DNA from: Methanothermobacter marburgensis str. Marburg
GTDB taxonomy: Archaea; Methanobacteriota; Methanobacteria; Methanobacteriales; Methanothermobacteraceae
NCBI RefSeq assembly: GCF_000145295.1
Contig: NC_014408.1
Coordinates: forward strand, 150,001-182,000
Length of the DNA: 32,000 nt
Direction: 5' to 3'
The position numbers and the translations under genes were made by a program. The notes beneath the pieces are model-generated. The model saw only the letters and a list, made by a program, of their open reading frames with translations. It searched no databases and was not told where the DNA came from. Numbering within the stretch: position 1 is the first letter of the stretch; each line of letters begins with the position of its first letter. Below, piece after piece: positions 17,251 to 26,961 of the stretch.

Positions 17251-18087
17251 GTGTTCTCTGTGGGTGAACATGTAATAGAGGCCCTGGGCAAAACCCGGGT
17301 TACAGTGAGGGACGGTAAGGTGGTCCATGTATCAGAGCCACTGATCCACTACTGCCCCCTGTTCCATAAGTATCGTGGCATTGAAAAGATCACATCTGAG
17401 GCGGTCCGCCAGAATATTGAATTTCGCATCAAGGATTTTGGCATGTGCACAGCCAACCGTGAATTAAGGATGAGGGATTTTCTATCATTTGGCATCTCAG
17501 AGATTATCTCAACACTCCTTGCCGAGGGGGAGGTGGACGCAGCCGTGATGGTCTGCGATGGGGCAGGAACCGTCATTGTAACAGAACCAGAACTTGCACA
17601 GGGTATAGGCGGAAGGATATCAGGTTTCATCAGCACCTCTCCTGAAAAGGATGTTATAGAAAAAATTGGCCCCAAAAATGTCCTTGACCCTCAAAAGGCA
17701 ACGATAGACCAGCTTAAGGGCGTTGAAAGGGCTCTTGAAATGGGTTACAGAAGGGTTGCAGTCACAGTCAAGGATCCAGATGAGGCAGAGCAGTTAAGGG
17801 AAATCGGTGATGGAGAAATATACCTCTTTGCGGTTCACCTCACAGGAATAGATTACAGGGGCGCAGAGAGAATAATCAATACATGTGATGTTGTAACAGC
17901 CTGTGCATCAAAGTACATAAGGCGAATAGCAGATAGAAGGGCGCTGCTGAAGGTGGGCTCCTCAATACCCATATATGCGTGCACAAAAAGGGGTAAAAGA
18001 TTCATTGAACTCAGATTGGAGATGATGGGGGCTTCGGGGAAGAAAAGTTCAGAAAGAAATCCACTGTCACCTGAACCCCTTGTATAA
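17251..18087 (+). CDS. Uncharacterized protein, possibly DUF2099 / methanogenesis-marker-8-like (family call from memory, unverified)
   Basis: 278-aa ORF translationally coupled to the upstream gene (TGA-g-GTG). It has an N-terminal HYCPLFHKYRGI segment and a central MVCDGAGTVI segment. I cannot confirm family membership without a profile search. Confidence 0.6.
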   Translation: MFSVGEHVIEALGKTRVTVRDGKVVHVSEPLIHYCPLFHKYRGIEKITSEAVRQNIEFRIKDFGMCTANRELRMRDFLSFGISEIISTLLAEGEVDAAVMVCDGAGTVIVTEPELAQGIGGRISGFISTSPEKDVIEKIGPKNVLDPQKATIDQLKGVERALEMGYRRVAVTVKDPDEAEQLREIGDGEIYLFAVHLTGIDYRGAERIINTCDVVTACASKYIRRIADRRALLKVGSSIPIYACTKRGKRFIELRLEMMGASGKKSSERNPLSPEPLV

Positions 18088-18089
18088 CT

Positions 18090-18491
18090 CTAAAGGTGGT
18101 CCGCAACAGCCTTTATGATGCAGCTCTGAGTTATAAGCCCCACGAGCATATCATCTTTTACAACAGGCAACCTCTGATAACCGGTATCTGCCATTATCCT
18201 GCTTATCCTGCTTATTGGAGTATCCTCATGGACAACAACAAGGTCCTTGCTCATGATATCCTTCACCCGCAGTTTCAGGGCCTCACCACCGGCAAGCAGA
18301 ATATCCCTGTGGGTTATGAGGCCAACAAGTCTGCCGTCCTCCACAACAGGGACGCCGCCAACATTTGCACGGACCATCTTGAGATTTGCAGCTGCCACAA
18401 GGTCTTCTGGATTAGCCACAATAACATCACGCAGCATTATGTCCCTTGCACGGAGCTTTCTAATCATGAAATTATTTTTATTGATGTCCAT
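18090..18491 (-). CDS. CBS-domain pair protein
   Basis: Two CBS repeats (DIMLRDVIV...GGVPVVEDGRLVGLITHRDIL and DIMSKDLVVV...QRLPVVKDDMLVGLITQSCII). The true start may be the internal ATG at 18467 (see findings). Confidence 0.85.
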   Translation of the reverse strand: MDINKNNFMIRKLRARDIMLRDVIVANPEDLVAAANLKMVRANVGGVPVVEDGRLVGLITHRDILLAGGEALKLRVKDIMSKDLVVVHEDTPISRISRIMADTGYQRLPVVKDDMLVGLITQSCIIKAVADHL

Positions 18492-18513
18492 ATATTAAGA
18501 TTGAGGGATCAAA

Positions 18514-19785
18514 GTGACTCAGATGGAAGATGCAAGAAAGGGCAATATAACTCCTGAAATGGAGGAGGTAGCCCGAAAGGAGAACATTGATATTCAGATT
18601 CTCATAAAAAGCATTGCAGATGGTAGAACTGTCATACCATCCAATGTTAATAGAAGTTCATCACCATGCGGCATAGGGGAGGGCCTTTCAACGAAGATAA
18701 ATGCCAATATTGGTTCATCCTCAAAGATGGAGGACATTGACCTAGAAGTTGAAAAGGCAATGGCGGCCGTGGAATATGGTGCAGATGCGGTCATGGACCT
18801 CAGCACGGGTCCTATGCTCCGGGAAGTTAGAAGGGCCGTACTAGAAGCCGTAGACGTACCCGTTGGAACAGTACCCATCTATGAGGCAGGCGTTGAGGTC
18901 TTCAGATCCAGCGGCTCGGTTGTGGACATGGATGAGGATGACATGTTCAGGGCAATAGAGAACCAGGCCAGGGATGGCGTTGACTTCATGACAGTGCACT
19001 CCGGGATAACCCTTGAGACAGTTGAGAGGGTCCAGCGATCAGACAGGATAATGGGTATAGTGAGCAGGGGCGGAGCATTCCTTGCGGCGTGGATAATCCA
19101 CAACCAGGAGGAAAACCCCCTCTACAGTAACTATGACTACCTCCTTGAACTGGCATATGAGTACGATGTAACACTGAGCCTAGGGGATGGCCTGAGACCC
19201 GGCTGCCTTGCAGATGCATCGGATATACCCCAGATCCAGGAACTGCTCACCCTCGCAGATCTCGTTTCAAGGGCCCGTGATGCAGATGTACAGTGCATGG
19301 TTGAGGGTCCTGGCCACATGCCACTCGACCAGATCGCAGCAAACATGAAGATACAGAAGTCTGTCTGTGACGGTGCACCATTCTATGTCCTCGGTCCAAT
19401 AGTCACCGACATGGCCCCAGGGTATGACCATATCAGTGCGGCCATAGGTGGTGCAGTTGCGGCAATGAACGGGGCCGACTTCCTCTGCTATGTAACACCT
19501 GCAGAGCACCTTGCCATACCCGGTGTGGAGGATGTTATTGAGGGGGTGGTGGCTTCCAGGATAGCTGCACAGGCCGCGGACGCCGCAAGCAAATTGTCGG
19601 GTGCCTGGAAATCTGAACTTGAAATGGCAAATGCAAGGAAATCCTTTGACTGGGATAAACAGTTTGAAATGGCATTTGACTCAAGAAAACCTGCAGAGTA
19701 CAGGATGCAGTGCCCCATCGATGATTCAGAGATGTGCACCATGTGCGGGGAATACTGCGCCCTCAGGATCCTCAGAGGTGATTGA
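18514..19785 (+). CDS. thiC: Phosphomethylpyrimidine synthase (radical-SAM HMP-P synthase)
   Basis: 423 aa of typical ThiC sequence, with the C-terminal CTMCGEYC (C-x2-C-x4-C) cluster motif. The start is a GTG at 18514 or an ATG at 18523. Confidence 0.93.
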   Translation: MTQMEDARKGNITPEMEEVARKENIDIQILIKSIADGRTVIPSNVNRSSSPCGIGEGLSTKINANIGSSSKMEDIDLEVEKAMAAVEYGADAVMDLSTGPMLREVRRAVLEAVDVPVGTVPIYEAGVEVFRSSGSVVDMDEDDMFRAIENQARDGVDFMTVHSGITLETVERVQRSDRIMGIVSRGGAFLAAWIIHNQEENPLYSNYDYLLELAYEYDVTLSLGDGLRPGCLADASDIPQIQELLTLADLVSRARDADVQCMVEGPGHMPLDQIAANMKIQKSVCDGAPFYVLGPIVTDMAPGYDHISAAIGGAVAAMNGADFLCYVTPAEHLAIPGVEDVIEGVVASRIAAQAADAASKLSGAWKSELEMANARKSFDWDKQFEMAFDSRKPAEYRMQCPIDDSEMCTMCGEYCALRILRGD

Positions 19786-19924
19786 AGCACTGTTGAACAT
19801 GGTCTCTGGAATGTCTGTGCTACCCCAGGTCTGAGGCAGGGGGACAGAACAGCTTCATCTACTGTGCTGTTCTATTCCCCAACAGTTAATATGGACCATT
19901 AACAGAAATTACAGTGGTGGTCCA

Positions 19925-20203
19925 ATGAAATTTGAACATGTCGACGGGAGCGAAAAGGCAGAGATCCGGCTTTTTGCCCTGAGCACGTGTGGCTGGTGCA
20001 AAAAAACCCGTGAGCTGCTGGATGAACTTGGTGTGGCCTATGATTACATATACGTCGACCTCCTCCATGGTGATGAACGAGAAAAAGCCCTCAGTGAGCT
20101 CCGGAAGTGGAACCCATCCCTCTCATTCCCCACACTTGTGATAGACGATGGGGATGTTATTGTGGGATTTGATGCACTCTCAATAAAATCAGCCCTCAGG
20201 TAG
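19925..20203 (+). CDS. Glutaredoxin-like / small thioredoxin-fold protein (CGWC active site)
   Basis: 92 aa. STCGWCKKTRELLDELGV followed by SFPTLVIDD, a thioredoxin-fold pattern. GGTGG lies 4 nt upstream of the ATG. Confidence 0.8.
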   Translation: MKFEHVDGSEKAEIRLFALSTCGWCKKTRELLDELGVAYDYIYVDLLHGDEREKALSELRKWNPSLSFPTLVIDDGDVIVGFDALSIKSALR

Positions 20204-20212
20204 GGGATCATC

Positions 20213-20665
20213 ATGGCTGGTGAACTTGAAGCACTCTACAGAGAGATCAGGGAATCTGCAGAGAAATCAGGCTATAAAATCAACCCTGACAGGGAATTTG
20301 TCATGGACCTCCTGCGGGGGATCCTCACCAACCGTGAGAGGTATGGTTATGATTCCTGCCCCTGCAGGCTTGCATCCGGCAATCCAGAGGATGACAGTGA
20401 TATAGTGTGCCCCTGTGATTACAGGGACGATGATCTTGAGGAGTATGGGACCTGCTACTGCGGCCTTTACGTTGCGGATGAGGATGTGGAGTTTAAATCA
20501 ATCCCTGAGAGAAGGAATATGGAGAAAATCCCTGGGGGTAAACTTGACCTTAAGATCCCGGTACTCCGGTGCCGTGTATGCGGTTATCTCTGCGCAAGGA
20601 AGGCACCACCCGAACCGTGCCCCATATGTGGTGTCAGCGGAAAATTTGATGTTTTCCTTGAATAG
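20213..20665 (+). CDS. Ferredoxin:thioredoxin-reductase catalytic-subunit-like protein fused to a C-terminal rubredoxin domain
   Basis: CPC-x14-CPC-x12-CYC resembles the FTR catalytic-subunit cluster/disulfide motif. The C-terminal CRVCGY...CPICG is rubredoxin-type. The gene starts 9 nt after the glutaredoxin-like gene. Confidence 0.8.
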   Translation: MAGELEALYREIRESAEKSGYKINPDREFVMDLLRGILTNRERYGYDSCPCRLASGNPEDDSDIVCPCDYRDDDLEEYGTCYCGLYVADEDVEFKSIPERRNMEKIPGGKLDLKIPVLRCRVCGYLCARKAPPEPCPICGVSGKFDVFLE

Positions 20666-20684
20666 AAGATGGTGAGGTGAATCC

Positions 20685-21420
20685 TTGCTGGAAGGCTACA
20701 GTGAAGTCAAAGAGGATCTCAGGTTCATTTTTGGCTCTGAGGTGAGGCTGAAGGTCCTACTTGCTCTCATGGATGGTCCCATGGAGCTATCTGAGATGAG
20801 GTCAGTTATAAGATCAAGTTCATCAACGATTCTACATGCCATATACCAGCTGGAAGAGAAGAGAATGGTCTCAAGGACCAACCGCAGGTATGAGCTTTCA
20901 GCAACAGGGAGGATAATATCCCTCAAGGTGCAGGGTATCATAGGGTCACTTCTTGCTATTGGAGATCTGTCGGAATTCTTCCTTGACCACGATCTATCAT
21001 CAATACCAGATCACCTCCTCTCAAGCATAGAAGCCCTTGCAGGGGCAACTCTTCTTGAATCAAAGCCCGAGAACCTCACAGAACCATATGATGTGGTGGC
21101 AAAGAACGCCCTGAATTCAGAGAAGGTCTGGGTCCTATCGGGGGTATATCACCCCTTCTATGGGGATCTCCTGAGGTCAGGGGCGGAGGCTGAGATAATG
21201 CTTTCAGAGGATCTTATAGCCTCCATTGAAGATGATTTGCCTCAGAATGCCGGTATTCATTCCATACCGGCAAAGCTTAAGTTCAGCCTCATAATAACGG
21301 AGGGTTCAATGGCCCTATCTCTTTTTCTGTCAGAAGGTCTCTATGATCCGTCAAGGTTCCTCTTTTCAAGGGATGATGAGGCAATTGAATGGGCATGGAG
21401 CCTCTTCAGACACTTTACAG

Positions 21421-21437
<17 letters not shown>
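20685..21437 (+). CDS. ArsR-like winged-HTH transcriptional regulator with a long C-terminal domain (DUF1724-like)
   Basis: The N-terminal FGSEVRLKVLLALMDGPMELSEMRSVIRSSSSTILHAIYQLEEKRMV is wHTH-like. The TTG start is preceded by GGTGAGGTGA 5 nt upstream. Confidence 0.7.
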
Positions 21438-23094
<1,657 letters not shown>

Positions 23095-23142
23095 TGCGGA
23101 ACTCCAGTAATATTTAAATATTCATATGTATTACATAATATC

Positions 23143-23544
23143 ATGGGTTTCATGCTGGATGACAGGGCACTGCTTATCATCTCGGTCTTACTTGGAATCG
23201 CCGGGTTTATTGGAATGATAGTATCATCAGCATCACTCACACCCCCCGTCGTTAGAGTGTCAGATCTGGACAGGGCCATGATGGACAGGGAGATTACGGT
23301 TGAGGGTACAGTGATGGCGGTTCATGAACTCGAATCCGGGACTTTACTTTTAAAAATAAATGATGGGACAGGGACGGTAACAGCTGTTGCATTTAAATCC
23401 GTCTCAAAGGACATGGAACTGAGTCCTGAAATCTTAAGTGGAATGAGGATCCAGGTAACAGGAAGGGTTAAGGAGTATCATGGATCACTGGAGATCGTTG
23501 TTGAGAAACCATCATCCATCATGCCAAAATCATTTGGGAGTTAG
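23143..23544 (+). CDS. Membrane-anchored OB-fold protein
   Basis: An N-terminal TM helix (LLIISVLLGIAGFIGMIV) is followed by an OB-fold-like domain (EITVEGTVMAV...GTVTAVAF...IQVTGRVKEYHGSLEIVV). TTTAAATA (23113-23120) ends 22 nt upstream of the ATG, so the mRNA may be leaderless. Confidence 0.65.
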   Translation: MGFMLDDRALLIISVLLGIAGFIGMIVSSASLTPPVVRVSDLDRAMMDREITVEGTVMAVHELESGTLLLKINDGTGTVTAVAFKSVSKDMELSPEILSGMRIQVTGRVKEYHGSLEIVVEKPSSIMPKSFGS

Positions 23545-23545
23545 T

Positions 23546-24064
23546 TCACTCATCGATGTGCAATGGTTTCAGTTCACCTGTGGCTATGTCAATTATAAGA
23601 CCATGGACCTTTACTGATTCAGGTATAAGTGGCGATGAACGCAGCCTCCTGATGCCCTCAATCACGTTTTCCTCCTCATCGACTATGGGGTTCAGTGTGC
23701 TGAGGCTGAAATTTTCAATGACATCCTCATCAACACCAAGTTTCCTCATCTCTGATACTATGCGGTCCCTCTCAAGGCGTGTCATACCACAGTCTGTGTG
23801 CCCCACTATGATTATCTCCCGCACACCAAGGGCGTATATGGCCACTGCAGCTGACCTCACAGCACCATCATCCACGATGTTACCTGCATTCCTTATTATC
23901 TTTGCATCACCCCTGCCTATGCCGAGGGCCTCCTCAAGGAATCCTGTGAGCCTTGAGTCCATGCAGGTGATGATACAGAGACCCTTCGCTGGGTTTGCGC
24001 TCAGAAGGGATCCTTCTTCCTTAACAAATTTTCTGTTTTCAGAGAGGATATCCTTAATAACCAT
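23546..24064 (-). CDS. cab: Beta-class carbonic anhydrase
   Basis: Zinc-ligand motifs CMDSR and HTDCG, and a length matching the Methanothermobacter Cab family. I prefer the ATG at 24064 (GAGGT 8 nt upstream) over the ATG at 24079. Confidence 0.88.
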   Translation of the reverse strand: MVIKDILSENRKFVKEEGSLLSANPAKGLCIITCMDSRLTGFLEEALGIGRGDAKIIRNAGNIVDDGAVRSAAVAIYALGVREIIIVGHTDCGMTRLERDRIVSEMRKLGVDEDVIENFSLSTLNPIVDEEENVIEGIRRLRSSPLIPESVKVHGLIIDIATGELKPLHIDE

Positions 24065-24082
24065 GATAACCAACCTCATTCT

Positions 24083-25516
24083 ATGCCCATGAAAAGCATA
24101 GCGGGAATACCGATAGAGATTGTCAAGAGGAACTCCAGTGTGATATTGACCCTTCTACCTCCAGTCTTTGCATTCCTCCTGGCACTCGTACCATCCCTGA
24201 AGTACAGCACCCCACTTACATGGGATATCTACTACCACGTACATAACGCTATGCTTTACATGGATAGGGGCATCGTGTTCTGGGATCCACTTACATGTGC
24301 CCCTTACGGGAGACCCATCTGTTATCCCCCCCTCTTCCATATAATGCTGACTCTCCTTGTTAAAATCACCGGTCTTGGTTTTTTAACTGTGGCAAGGTTC
24401 ATACAGCCTGTGATGGCATTCCTGATTATTCTGTCATTTTCTTATATTGCAGGAAGGTTCTATGGATCTCTCGCAGGATTTTTGACCGGAATGCTTTCAA
24501 TTTCAAGCCTGTTCTTCTTAAGGATAATCATGCCCATTCCAGAAGCCCTGGCCATGATATTCTTGCCCTTTTTTGTTTATGGTTATTGCATTTCTATGGA
24601 AAATGATTCTAAACTTTATCCGGTCTTCACAGGCATCATCCTTGGCGTGCTGATGTTAACACATCTCTTATCCGCCGCAATGGCCCTTGCAGCGGTGTTA
24701 ATCTCAGCGCTGGCTTTTCGAATCAGCAGGCACGCTGTAAAACCTCTAAATCTCCTGTTAATTATCCTAACGGGTTTCGTGCTGGCGATTATCTGGTACG
24801 CGCCTCTTCTAATTAAATATGGGTTTTTCTTCAGGCCACCACCGGCAGACCCACTTTCCATTGTGGGGTACCTGAACCATTTAGGGGCGTTGCTCACAGT
24901 GCTTGCACTGACAGGATTAATCTGCGCACTTAAAAGAAGAGAGAGGAGGGATATTCTTATGGCCAGCTGGTTCATATTTGTTCTGGCCCTGAGTGCCGGT
25001 TACACTGTTGGATTGAAGGTCCTATCGGATAGAATACTGTACTTCGCACTCTTTCCTGCAGCAGCAATGGGGGCCAGCATATTCAATTCAATGAAGGTGG
25101 CTGATAGCAGGTGGCCTGTTTATGTTCTGGTCCTTTTCATCTCAGTTTACTCCCTCTGCAGCGGCTACGGAATTGCAAGCACCGTGAAGCCGGAGGTTTC
25201 TGAATCTGAACTGGAAGTTGCCCAGTGGTTCAAGTATAATGGGGACCATAAAACCGTTGTAGTGTCTGATTACCATATTCAGCCGTTAATAGTTTCTATT
25301 GCAGGGCAACCGGTATCTGCAGGTGGCTATGCCCCGGGATCTAAGGACACGATTGATGCCCGGAAATATACTATCACCTTTGATTATACAGAGGATGACA
25401 TCAGAATAGATAGGGTAGGTTATATAATTCTTGACACTAAAAACAGGAAAACGCCCCCGTATTCACGGAAGGTCTACAGAAACATGGATTTTGTGGTTTA
25501 TAGAGTGGAAGTTTAG
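24083..25516 (+). CDS. Polytopic membrane protein, possibly a GT-C-type glycosyltransferase (ArnT/PMT-like)
   Basis: 477 aa with about 11-12 hydrophobic segments and then a soluble C-terminal domain of about 110 aa. The functional call is a weak architectural inference. Confidence 0.55.
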   Translation: MPMKSIAGIPIEIVKRNSSVILTLLPPVFAFLLALVPSLKYSTPLTWDIYYHVHNAMLYMDRGIVFWDPLTCAPYGRPICYPPLFHIMLTLLVKITGLGFLTVARFIQPVMAFLIILSFSYIAGRFYGSLAGFLTGMLSISSLFFLRIIMPIPEALAMIFLPFFVYGYCISMENDSKLYPVFTGIILGVLMLTHLLSAAMALAAVLISALAFRISRHAVKPLNLLLIILTGFVLAIIWYAPLLIKYGFFFRPPPADPLSIVGYLNHLGALLTVLALTGLICALKRRERRDILMASWFIFVLALSAGYTVGLKVLSDRILYFALFPAAAMGASIFNSMKVADSRWPVYVLVLFISVYSLCSGYGIASTVKPEVSESELEVAQWFKYNGDHKTVVVSDYHIQPLIVSIAGQPVSAGGYAPGSKDTIDARKYTITFDYTEDDIRIDRVGYIILDTKNRKTPPYSRKVYRNMDFVVYRVEV

Positions 25517-25587
25517 GATATTTTGTGGTTTATGTGGCGGAAGTCTATCAGGCTCCTTGCGATCAATAATCATATGAGGTTATAAAA

Positions 25588-26961
25588 ATGAAGAGGCTCT
25601 TCGGTACATTTGGTGTTAGGAGACTTGCAAATGAGGTTTTAACCCCTGAATTCGCATCTAAACTTGCAGCAGCATATGGTTCCATTGTAGATGGAAAAAT
25701 TGCTGTTGGAGGAGATACAAGGACATCCACTGTCATGATAAAAAATGCTGTTATATCCGGCCTTCTATCAAGTGGATGTGATGTTGTTGACCTTGGGATA
25801 CTGCCGACACCAGCGGTCCAGTATGCGGTGAGGAATTACTATGATGGGGGTGTTATCGTAACCGCTTCCCACAACCCCCCAGAGTACAATGGGATAAAAT
25901 TCGTTGACGGTGACGGTATAGGGATCCCTGATGATATGGAGGAGGAAATAGAGGATATATTCTTCCAGAAAAAATTTAAGAGGGCTTCATGGAATGAGAT
26001 AGGCCATCTAACAGTCAATCAGGGCATAATAGATGAGTATCAGGAGGAGGTTATAAGGAGGGTCGATGCAGAGGCCATCAGAAAGAGAAACTTCAGGGTG
26101 GTGGTTGACTGTGGCTGCGGCGCTGGATCCTACACAATGCCATACATCCTCAGGAAACTGGGCTGCAGTGTTGTAACCCTTAATTCCCAGCCTGATGGGT
26201 TTTTCCCTGGTCGTGACCCTGAACCTGTCCCTGAGAACCTTTCTGAGCTCATGGAGACTGTCAGATCAACCGGGGCTGATCTGGGGATAGCCCATGATGG
26301 CGACGCCGATAGAACAATATGTATAGATGAGAAGGGCGAATTCGTCCTCGGTGATAGGACCTTTGCCCTTGTTGAGAAGAGGATGCTCCAGGAGAACGGC
26401 GGCGGAATAATAGTTACGACAGTCGCGACATCCTCAGCAATATACGACGTGGCAGAGGAGAACAACGGTGAGGTGATTGCAACCGCTGTGGGGGACCTCC
26501 TTGTGGCCAGAAAACTTAAAGAGACAGGGGGTCTGTTTGGGGGCGAGGAGAACGGTGGTCTGATATTCCCTGACTTTGTATATGGAAGGGACGCTGCCCT
26601 TACAGCCGCAAAAATCCTTGAGATAATGGCACATGAAGGAAGGCCCCTCTCTGAACTTGTGTCAGAGCTTCCATCATATTACTCCGAGAAAAAGAAGGTA
26701 AAATGTCCCGATGAAATCAAGGGGGATGTCATGAAACTGGTGGCTGAAATGGTGAGCACTGAACCTGGTGTGAGGGATATAGATACAACCGATGGCGTTA
26801 AAATCTTCAGGGACAGTGGTTGGGTTATAATAAGGCCTTCAGGTACAGAACCAATATTCAGATGCTTTGCAGAGTCAGACACCCAGAAAAATGCCACTAA
26901 AATGGCTGAATGGGGAATATCCCTGGTGGAAGAGGCCATTGAGAAACTCGGGAAGGTCTAG
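25588..26961 (+). CDS. Phosphohexomutase (PGM/PMM/GlmM superfamily)
   Basis: Active-site TASHNPPEYNGIKF, Mg site GIAHDGDADR, and sugar-binding GEENGG. SD GAGGT lies upstream. Confidence 0.9.
   Translation: MKRLFGTFGVRRLANEVLTPEFASKLAAAYGSIVDGKIAVGGDTRTSTVMIKNAVISGLLSSGCDVVDLGILPTPAVQYAVRNYYDGGVIVTASHNPPEYNGIKFVDGDGIGIPDDMEEEIEDIFFQKKFKRASWNEIGHLTVNQGIIDEYQEEVIRRVDAEAIRKRNFRVVVDCGCGAGSYTMPYILRKLGCSVVTLNSQPDGFFPGRDPEPVPENLSELMETVRSTGADLGIAHDGDADRTICIDEKGEFVLGDRTFALVEKRMLQENGGGIIVTTVATSSAIYDVAEENNGEVIATAVGDLLVARKLKETGGLFGGEENGGLIFPDFVYGRDAALTAAKILEIMAHEGRPLSELVSELPSYYSEKKKVKCPDEIKGDVMKLVAEMVSTEPGVRDIDTTDGVKIFRDSGWVIIRPSGTEPIFRCFAESDTQKNATKMAEWGISLVEEAIEKLGKV

Noticed and set aside
18492-18513. 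TPP riboswitch upstream of thiC
   Set aside because: The spacer is only 22 bp and the flanking sequence is the coding region of the divergent CBS gene. There is no room for a roughly 100-nt THI-box fold.
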